From an uncultured Clostridia bacterium (GTDB lineage Bacteria; Bacillota; Clostridia; TANB77; CAG-465): 64,000 nucleotides of DNA. Where the stretch lies: positions 19,816 through 83,815 of the forward strand of contig CANPWO010000001.1 in assembly GCA_947584535.1 (NCBI GenBank), given 5' to 3'. Shown one piece after another: positions 57,701-64,000 of the stretch. Numbering within the stretch: the first letter of the stretch is position 1; every line of letters begins with the position of its first letter. The translations under genes and the position numbers were made by a program. Below the pieces are notes generated by a model. It saw nothing but the letters and a program-made list of their open reading frames with translations, searched no databases and had not been told where the DNA came from.

Positions 57701-58992
57701 GATATTTTTAATGTTGCTTTTGTTCCTCTTGCTTCTGTTACTTCTGCACTTAACTCTAATGGGTCTAATACTTCTACTTGACAAGTTACACTTTTTGTTA
57801 AATATTTTGCTGTTATTGTTGCACTTCCTACTTCTTTTGCTGTTATATTTCCTTCTTGGTCTACTCCTACTTTTGCATCATCACTTGTTTCCCATGTTAA
57901 TGTTCCTTCTCTTACATTTCCATTTTCTACTATTGCTTGTAATTTACCTTCTTGTCCTTTTCTTAATTGCAATGTTTGCTTATCTAGTGTTATTTTTGTT
58001 TTATCTATTACACTTACACTACATACTTCTGATGTTAAGTTTCCATATTCTCCTTTTGCTATTATCTTTGCTGTTCCTATATCTCTTCCTGTTACTTCTC
58101 CTGTTTGTGTTAAATCTACTGCATTATCTGGGCTTTGACTTTCTACTTCCCATGATACATCTTGGTTATCTGCTGTCTCAGGTGTTATTATTGCTCTTAA
58201 CTTAGCTGGCTCATCTAAGCCAAGTACTACACTACTTGGGTCTATTGTTATTTTTTCTACTTTTATATAATCTCCTACATTTACTTTTATTGTTACTTTC
58301 TTTTCTATTTCTGTTCCATCTTCTGCTGTTACTTTTGCTGTTAGTATTGCTACTCCATCACTTATTCCTTGTATATCTACTGTGTTTTCTTTTTCTTCTA
58401 TTATTCTTGCTTTTGTTGGCTCATCTATTTCAAAATCTACTTGACTATCTATATCTGGTAATACTGTTGCATATATTCTTTCTTTTTGACTTATCTTTAA
58501 ACTTACTTCCTCTGTACTTAATACTAGTACTTCTCCTTCATTTAATACATTTATCCCTACTTCTTTTGCCCATTCTTGTTGCTCTTCACTTAAAAAATTA
58601 TCTCTGTTATCTATATATATCTTCCCATCTGCTACAAATACTTTTCCTTCGTATTCTGTTCCTACTATACTTGGCATGATAGAAGCGAGACTGTTATTTT
58701 CACCCTCGTTTACTATTTTTCCTTTATATATTATATTTCCTTCTTTTGTTATATTCATCTTATCTGTATAGTATCCTTTTGTATTTGATACATTATCAAA
58801 CAAGGCACTTGAGTAAAAATTATTATACTCATCTTTTAATGCTGTTAAATCTGTTTTTACCTTAGTTTCATTTGCTCTTGATATTGGATTATTACCTGTT
58901 ATTGACAAGATTACAGCGCTCGCCAATATAATCATTACTATTATTGTTATAATCAATACTAGTAATGATATTCCATTATTTCTTTTTTTCAT
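54751..58992 (-). CDS. N-terminal portion of the split giant surface protein: pilin-like signal/anchor, Big_2 and Fn3-like array, beta-helix-like module
   Basis: MKKRNNGISLLVLIITIIVMIILASAVILSITGNNP resembles a prepilin-type N-terminus that lacks Glu5. There are at least 5 Big_2-like units (for example VTSISVAPDTLNVYLGETGKLTATVLPEDASDKTVIWESSD) alternating with Fn3-like units. Start placed at ATG 58992, after a GAGGAAAAG RBS. Confidence 0.8.
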   Translation of the reverse strand: MKKRNNGISLLVLIITIIVMIILASAVILSITGNNPISRANETKVKTDLTALKDEYNNFYSSALFDNVSNTKGYYTDKMNITKEGNIIYKGKIVNEGENNSLASIMPSIVGTEYEGKVFVADGKIYIDNRDNFLSEEQQEWAKEVGINVLNEGEVLVLSTEEVSLKISQKERIYATVLPDIDSQVDFEIDEPTKARIIEEKENTVDIQGISDGVAILTAKVTAEDGTEIEKKVTIKVNVGDYIKVEKITIDPSSVVLGLDEPAKLRAIITPETADNQDVSWEVESQSPDNAVDLTQTGEVTGRDIGTAKIIAKGEYGNLTSEVCSVSVIDKTKITLDKQTLQLRKGQEGKLQAIVENGNVREGTLTWETSDDAKVGVDQEGNITAKEVGSATITAKYLTKSVTCQVEVLDPLELSAEVTEARGTKATLKISANTTYNQIDKIEIKHREKGKEDWITDPSIDVNKTEYNTNDYVINGLEPRKIFEIKVVATLKDKSCQKEVTLQAEPKWIPVTSISVAPDTLNVYLGETGKLTATVLPEDASDKTVIWESSDQNKAIVSEGVITTKDVGNTTITAKANDDKEKQAQCSVKVLEPISLKASVSATTSSTIPVQVTTSTKHGTLSKITIMYKREDEATWSKKEVTQDVTGQTEYEGIITIDNLKDVTKYNIQVEVEIASESQYANGHKVSITDLTGTTLKIPVNNVTLSPKPLNVYLGDTGELTATIDPTNATNKSLTWQSSQTDIAEVDGGTVTTKQIGDTTVTVTSQDNPQASDTCQVHVIEPISLEATPDTTTSDTIPVEITTSTLFGTLSSIEIKYKENGTQQNWKTETLTTSDIGEGKQSYGGTYTIKGLEPYTTYDIEVTVTISTGHKYTKGEITAKTKKIDVTKVTLDKTEDTVFIEDTKTIQLTATVEPENASNKEVTWTTDNEGVATVEGNELNATVTIKGVGQAKITVTSKDNEAMKAEYTVNVVEAVAQIGAIKYATLQEAFNAVTGSSSSYNEVVVLKDITNKTATLANNKYAKLNLGTYTVKNDQGDKATITNEGYMEIVGEGTISSTGENAIYNANTLTINTSGIITSNQDAIDNTKTLTVANGTIKSTGNDENNSHGINNSSTQGNVNITGGDVEGYNAIKNNGKITMSEGTIKSLKQNAIEFAKGEIEITGGSITGVNGVFNSGNDVEKTLTFGNNSDEGVKKEAPIINVTETGVDNGNDKFKVNFYDGSVTGKIQFKNKETVVVPDMYEIVVNENTATLEHIKPVARIVDINSSEEMESFYTFDEALIYYCEYVTYEDGEFKLELLHDTTINDGSFIELFEDDKNYDIDLCNHKILYNASIMAIVNQASNCNIKIENGEMEFKEISTNTGAVSLESYGTNNLFSLYNLSISTNKESAIEAGIYDNKLSIERWNDNITVR

Positions 58993-59049
58993 GAATATCA
59001 CTTTTCCTCTCAACACACATATATAATTACATATTTAATATTTAAATAA

Positions 59050-59223
59050 TTATATTTTTAGATATATCTTCTTTTTATTTAAAGTATATAAAATGCTACA
59101 ATTTCCTTTAAAATCAAAGAAAAAATATATCATTAAATATGTAACTAAAATTATTGTAACACAAAACCAAACTACTTGCAATGGTGCGACATAAATTTTA
59201 TTAAAAATTTTTTTATTTTTCAT
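59050..59223 (-). CDS. possible 57-aa membrane peptide upstream of the giant gene
   Basis: MKNKKIFNKIYVAPLQVVWFCVTIILVTYLMIYFFFDFKGNCSILYTLNKKKIYLKI. The RBS is weak (AGGGA). Confidence 0.25.
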   Translation of the reverse strand: MKNKKIFNKIYVAPLQVVWFCVTIILVTYLMIYFFFDFKGNCSILYTLNKKKIYLKI

Positions 59224-59345
59224 ATAAATCCCTAATATATAGCCAAAAAATGAGGAATAGAAATTTTCTATTCCTCATTAAATATATTTATTAATTTATA
59301 TAACTAGTAAAAATTAATTATATCAATTGTACTCAAAATAAAATA

Positions 59346-60290
59346 TTATACAAACCTACCTTCAATATTGCTATTTCCAGCAAGAAAAGCAGTTATATCC
59401 ATTCTTTTACCATTTTGTGGTTGTATGTTTTTAATTAATATATATCCATCCGCACATTTTATCTTTAATTCTTTTTTCGTAACTTCAACTATTTGTCCAT
59501 TTGGTATACCCTGTATATCTTCTAATTTATATTCTACTTTATATACCTTATATCTCTTTAAATTTTCATGTTCCATATATGTACCTGGAAAAGGTGATAG
59601 TCCTCTTACAAAGTTGTATATTTCTATACCTCTTTTATTAAAATCGATTTTTGTCATACTTTTATCTATCATTGGTGCTATTGTACCTTCTTCTGGTTGT
59701 TTAATTCTTTCTATATCACCACATTCTATTTTTTCTAAAGTTTTTACTAATAACTTAGCTCCAACAATTTTCATTTTATCATGTAAAGTTTCAAAATCAT
59801 CTTCATCATTTATATCAACTTCTTCTTTAAGTAGCATATCTCCTGTGTCCATACCTTCGTCCATAAACATAGTTGTAATACCTGTTACTTTTTCACCATT
59901 TATTAATGCCCACTGCATTGGTGCAGCTCCTCTATATTTTGGAAGTAAAGATCCATGCACATTTACACATCCAAGTCTTGGTATATCAAGTATCTCTTTT
60001 GGAAGTATTTTTCCATAAGCCACAACAACAATAACATCAGGAGCTATATTCTTTAGTAAATCAAATACCTCTTGATTATTTCTTAGTTTTGCAGGCTGAT
60101 ATACTTGTATATTATTTGATATAGCATATTTTTTTACCTCTGATTCGTTCATTTTCATTCCTCTACCTGATGGTTTATCAGGATTAGTAAAACAAGCTAC
60201 TACATTTGCTCCTTGTTCTACAAGTTCTTTTAAAGAGTACATTGCAAAATCAGGTGTACCCATAAATACAATTTTTAAATTTTTATCCAT
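59346..60290 (-). CDS. fmt: methionyl-tRNA formyltransferase
   Basis: 314 aa. KIVFMGTPDFA, NVHGSLLPKYRGAAPMQWALING. Confidence 0.95.
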   Translation of the reverse strand: MDKNLKIVFMGTPDFAMYSLKELVEQGANVVACFTNPDKPSGRGMKMNESEVKKYAISNNIQVYQPAKLRNNQEVFDLLKNIAPDVIVVVAYGKILPKEILDIPRLGCVNVHGSLLPKYRGAAPMQWALINGEKVTGITTMFMDEGMDTGDMLLKEEVDINDEDDFETLHDKMKIVGAKLLVKTLEKIECGDIERIKQPEEGTIAPMIDKSMTKIDFNKRGIEIYNFVRGLSPFPGTYMEHENLKRYKVYKVEYKLEDIQGIPNGQIVEVTKKELKIKCADGYILIKNIQPQNGKRMDITAFLAGNSNIEGRFV

Positions 60291-60351
60291 ATATATAATC
60301 TACTCCTTCTTTTAAGAAAAAGGCATAAAGTATATTTATGCCTTTTATATA

Positions 60352-61236
60352 TTATTTTACTTTTACTTCTGTTTTATTATACACTAATTTGTTATTATCA
60401 TCAATTTTAAATGTTGTGTCTACCACACCTGCTGTTTTTGCTAAGTCTTTATTGTTATTATCAATTAGATATAATATATTTTGTACACCTATTAATTCAA
60501 ATTTTTTATCATTATCAATATCTTCTAATTTATAACTGCAGAATTTATTTGCAAGATAAGTAGCTCTATAATTATCTTTATTTATATTTTTATCTTCAAA
60601 TTCAAGAGCAGTTTCATCATTTATTGCTGTTAAATATGACCTTGCATAATTATCTAGCTTTACTTTTATTTTTGATGAGTTTTCTGCGTCAAATGCAACA
60701 TTTATAGTGTAACCATTAAAATCTGACTGAATAGAATCTTTAACAATATTTACCAAGTTATTGTCTTTTAGAATTAATAATACTACATTACCACTACTTT
60801 CATCACTTACAAAAATATACTTATTTTTATCGTCATTTTTTGCTTCAAGTTTTACTTCCGGATAAAAAGACATTTCACTTACATAAGTTTTTAATTCTTT
60901 ACTTTTTCCATCAACATAAACTACTTCTACATCTTGATACAACTCAAGTGTTGAATTTGCTTTTGAAGTGATACTATTATCTTCTTTATTATGTTTCTCT
61001 ATACCAGTAATACCAATATAGTCATCAACTTTATCTGAGTTATAATCTGATTTAATCATTTTAATTAATGTTCTTTTTTCATCAAGTGGCAAATTATCTT
61101 TTATTTCTGAGTAGTATTTCTTAGTAAGTCCAGCCTCTGAATTATTATATGACTCTACAAAGTACATAACTGTTCCTATTGCACCAAGAACAACTACAAC
61201 AATTATTGTTAGTAAAATTTTCTTTTTCATTTTCAT
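60352..61236 (-). CDS. membrane-anchored hypothetical protein between def and fmt
   Basis: 294 aa with an N-terminal TM helix. The start overlaps the def stop (ATGA). Confidence 0.55.
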   Translation of the reverse strand: MKMKKKILLTIIVVVVLGAIGTVMYFVESYNNSEAGLTKKYYSEIKDNLPLDEKRTLIKMIKSDYNSDKVDDYIGITGIEKHNKEDNSITSKANSTLELYQDVEVVYVDGKSKELKTYVSEMSFYPEVKLEAKNDDKNKYIFVSDESSGNVVLLILKDNNLVNIVKDSIQSDFNGYTINVAFDAENSSKIKVKLDNYARSYLTAINDETALEFEDKNINKDNYRATYLANKFCSYKLEDIDNDKKFELIGVQNILYLIDNNNKDLAKTAGVVDTTFKIDDNNKLVYNKTEVKVK

Positions 61237-61724
61237 TTCTTTTTTCCTCTTTTTCTATTTTTTTCATCTACTCTGGATAAAAATACTATTCCGTCTAAAT
61301 GGTCTGTTTCATGCTGAATAACTATAGCTTCCATTTCTTTTGCACTTTTTATTCTTTTTTTTCCATCAATTCCAATATATTCAACCTTTACTTTTTCATA
61401 CCTTTCAATGTTTTCAAATACATCTGGAAAACTTAAGCAACCTTCTTCTACAAGCACTTTATTTTTAGATGTCCATACGATTTTTGGATTTATCATTACC
61501 ATAGGTTTCTTTTTTGAATTTTCTTCAATGTACGAACAGTCATATACTATCATTCTTTTAAGAACACCTACTTGAACTGCTGCAAGTCCTAGCCCATCAT
61601 ATTTATACATAGTTTCAAGCATATCTTTAGATAACTGTACTATTTCATCATCTACTTTAGTTATTTCCTCTGATTTTTCAAGTAATAATTTATTTCCATC
61701 ATATACTAATTCTCTAATTGCCAT
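61233..61724 (-). CDS. def: peptide deformylase
   Basis: 163 aa. GLAAVQVG, EGCLSFP and HETDHLDG motifs. Confidence 0.95.
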   Translation of the reverse strand: MAIRELVYDGNKLLLEKSEEITKVDDEIVQLSKDMLETMYKYDGLGLAAVQVGVLKRMIVYDCSYIEENSKKKPMVMINPKIVWTSKNKVLVEEGCLSFPDVFENIERYEKVKVEYIGIDGKKRIKSAKEMEAIVIQHETDHLDGIVFLSRVDEKNRKRGKKK

Positions 61725-61742
61725 TTGTTTTTATATCTCCTT

Positions 61743-64000
61743 CTATAATTCAATGTTATATTTTGATTTTTTAGGCACTTGTTCTTCTACTAATTCACTT
61801 TGTGAATTATCTATTTGATGAGTAACTTGTGGCATATCTAATACTTCTGATACATTTTCATCAGAACTATCAGTATTACTTGAATTATTCCCTTTATTTC
61901 CAAGTTTTAGTTCCTGCCACTCTGATTTAGATATAAGGACTTGACGTGGTTTACTACCTTCATAACCAGATATAAGCCCTCTTGCTTCCATTTGGTCTAC
62001 TATCCTTCCAGCTCTTGAATATCCTATTTTAAATCTTCTTTGAAGCATTGAAGCAGATGCTTGTCCCATATCAACAACTAAATCAATTGCTTCATTTAAT
62101 ATTGGATCTGCATCATCTTCTTCAGATGAGTCAGAGTTTTTATTTGAATTATTTGCATTTTCTATACTTTCTATAATTGCCTCACTATATGTAGTTTCAG
62201 ATTTCTTCTTAATTTCTGCAACTATCTTTTCTATTTCTTTTTCTGAGATAAATGCTCCTTGTATTCTAAGAGGTTTTGTTTCACCAACAGGGAAATATAG
62301 CATATCACCTTTTCCAAGTAATTTTTCAGCTCCTGCCATATCAAGTATAGTCCTTGAATCTACTTGTGATGATACAGTAAATGCTATACGAGATGGTATA
62401 TTTGCTTTAATTATACCAGTAATTACATCAACTGATGGTCTTTGAGTAGCAATAACTAGGTGCATACCTGCAGCTCTTGCCATTTGAGCTAAACGGCATA
62501 TTGCATCTTCTACATCATTTGGTGCTACCATCATTAGATCAGCAAGCTCATCTACAATTATAACTATCTGAGGAAGTTTTACTCCTTCTTCCTTTCCCAT
62601 TATAGCATTATAGCCTTTTATATCTTTTACACCTTTATCAGCAAATAGCTTGTATCTATTTACCATTTCTTGTACTGCCCAATTTAATGCACCTGCTGCT
62701 TTTTTAGGATCTGTAACAACTGGAATAAGTAAATGTGGGATTCCATTATATCCTGATAGTTCTACCATCTTTGGATCAATTAAAATCATTTTTACTTCAC
62801 TAGGTTTAGCTTTGTATAATATTGAAACAATAAGCGTATTTATACATACACTCTTTCCTGAACCAGTTGAACCTGCAATTAATGTATGAGGCATTTTTGC
62901 AATATCTCCAACAACTATCTCTCCTGCTGCATCTTTTCCAAGTGAGAAAGCAAGCTTTGACTTATGATTTTGAAACTGTTCTGATTCTATTACTTCTCGT
63001 AAAAATACAGATTCAGCAGTAGTATTTGGAACTTCTATTCCAACAGCAGCTTTTCCAGGTATTGGTGCTTCTATTCTTATACTTTTAGCTGCTAAATTTA
63101 AAGCTATATCATCTGATAAATTAACAATTTTACTTACCTTTACTCCTGTACTTGGTGTTAATTCATATCTAGTTACAGTAGGTCCTTTAGTTATATTAGT
63201 AACTTTGGCTTCCACTCCAAAACTTGCTAATGTTTTCTGTAATTTAACAGCTGTTGCATGTATTGCTTTTTTATCAAATGTTTCTCCTGCTTTAGGCTTA
63301 CCAAGTAAATTAAATGAAGGAAATTCATAATTATCCACTTCTGCATGTGCAGTATGATCAAGAGTTAAAACTTCTTTTACAGACTTATCCTCTTTTTGCT
63401 CTTTTTGCTTTTTAAAGAAGTCATCTCTTTGTTGTTTAGCCTGAATTTCTTTTTCGCTTGGCTTTCCGCCTAATTTATTAAAATCAAATTCTATTTGTTC
63501 TGTCTTATCAAGTGTTAAATTTTCTTCTACATTATTTGGGTTTCCTTTTTCTTTCATTAAGAGTGCCTTTTGTCTTTGTTCTTTTTCAAATTTTGCTCTT
63601 TGTCTCCTTGAAAGTTTTGGTTCTTCATCTTCAACTTCTTCTATTTCTTCTTCATCTTCATCACTTGCACCAAATAATATATTTATAACTGATACTATTG
63701 CATTATATACATATGCATAAACGTTATATATACCATAGAATAAATCTTTAAATGATATATTAAATACTACAAGTATTGATATAAATGTAGCAAATGTAAG
63801 TAAAATTCTTGATGCTATTATACCAATTAAATTTGTAAATAAACCTGCAATTATTACTCCTATAACACCTGCTATATTTGTTCCTTGTACAGCACCGTTA
63901 TATAAATCTATTACAGTCTTTAAAAAATTATCAAATAAATTAAATGAAGAATTAGCATAAACTGCAACTGTTGCAGATACCATTACAACTAAATATAGCG
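61743..64000 (-). CDS. ftsK: DNA translocase FtsK/SpoIIIE (the 5' end probably runs off the right edge)
   Basis: N-terminal TM segments, an acidic/basic linker, Walker [13 protein letters not shown], Walker [12 protein letters not shown], and a C-terminal winged-helix gamma domain ([24 protein letters not shown]). Confidence 0.9.
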   Translation of the reverse strand, partial: LYLVVMVSATVAVYANSSFNLFDNFLKTVIDLYNGAVQGTNIAGVIGVIIAGLFTNLIGIIASRILLTFATFISILVVFNISFKDLFYGIYNVYAYVYNAIVSVINILFGASDEDEEEIEEVEDEEPKLSRRQRAKFEKEQRQKALLMKEKGNPNNVEENLTLDKTEQIEFDFNKLGGKPSEKEIQAKQQRDDFFKKQKEQKEDKSVKEVLTLDHTAHAEVDNYEFPSFNLLGKPKAGETFDKKAIHATAVKLQKTLASFGVEAKVTNITKGPTVTRYELTPSTGVKVSKIVNLSDDIALNLAAKSIRIEAPIPGKAAVGIEVPNTTAESVFLREVIESEQFQNHKSKLAFSLGKDAAGEIVVGDIAKMPHTLIAGSTGSGKSVCINTLIVSILYKAKPSEVKMILIDPKMVELSGYNGIPHLLIPVVTDPKKAAGALNWAVQEMVNRYKLFADKGVKDIKGYNAIMGKEEGVKLPQIVIIVDELADLMMVAPNDVEDAICRLAQMARAAGMHLVIATQRPSVDVITGIIKANIPSRIAFTVSSQVDSRTILDMAGAEKLLGKGDMLYFPVGETKPLRIQGAFISEKEIEKIVAEIKKKSETTYSEAIIESIENANNSNKNSDSSEEDDADPILNEAIDLVVDMGQASASMLQRRFKIGYSRAGRIVDQMEARGLISGYEGSKPRQVLISKSEWQELKLGNKGNNSSNTDSSDENVSEVLDMPQVTHQIDNSQSELVEEQVPKKSKYNIEL

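Noticed and set aside
55364-58679. A series of plus-strand ORFs (up to 352 aa, extremely Leu-rich) antisense to the giant adhesin gene.
   Set aside because: These are low-complexity Leu/Phe translations, the expected mirror image of Thr/Val/Glu/Lys-rich codons on the real (minus) strand. They have no RBS and no domain-like sequence.

Overview
This is an AT-rich chromosomal segment from a spore-forming, Clostridia-like Firmicute. Evidence for that: spoIVA, a spoVM-like micro-ORF, and yabP-yabQ-divIC. Almost all genes lie on the minus strand.

Housekeeping content: fba, xth, rnhB, rsmI, a rubredoxin plus flavodiiron pair, an nrdD-nrdG-nrdR operon, tsaD, pyk, rpmB, nth, prkC, a PP2C phosphatase gene, rlmN, fmt, def, ftsK, tRNA-Trp and tRNA-Leu.

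Accessory blocks sit between these genes:
1. 0.2-9 kb: a 1439-aa glycan-binding surface protein, a decayed uracil-DNA glycosylase gene and a solo TnpB element.
2. 33.5-39.9 kb: a single-module C-A-T-R NRPS, translationally coupled to an orphan histidine kinase and next to tRNA-Leu.
3. 43.8-47.1 kb: a tightly coupled WG-repeat / HTH-WYL / unknown 301-aa operon, plus a GyrI-like gene. Both transcription units carry the same operator-like motif.
4. 51.3-59.3 kb: a roughly 2390-aa surface protein with a pilin-like N-terminus, inserted between fmt and rlmN and split by one frameshift.

The strongest signal is in block 4. The protein ends in an FGE/C-type-lectin-like domain whose last ~150 nt are locally GC-rich. 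A 63-nt segment of that region is copied 352 nt downstream in the intergenic spacer. Thirteen of the 15 mismatches fall where the spacer copy has adenine in the coding sense. That is the signature of a diversity-generating retroelement (DGR) template/variable repeat pair, yet the window contains no reverse transcriptase or Avd gene.

The second notable item is a stand-alone 93-aa protein between nrdD and nrdG that duplicates the NrdD glycyl-radical C-terminus. It looks like a GrcA-style spare part for a class III ribonucleotide reductase.

All calls come from reading the sequence and the ORF translations by eye. No database search was run.
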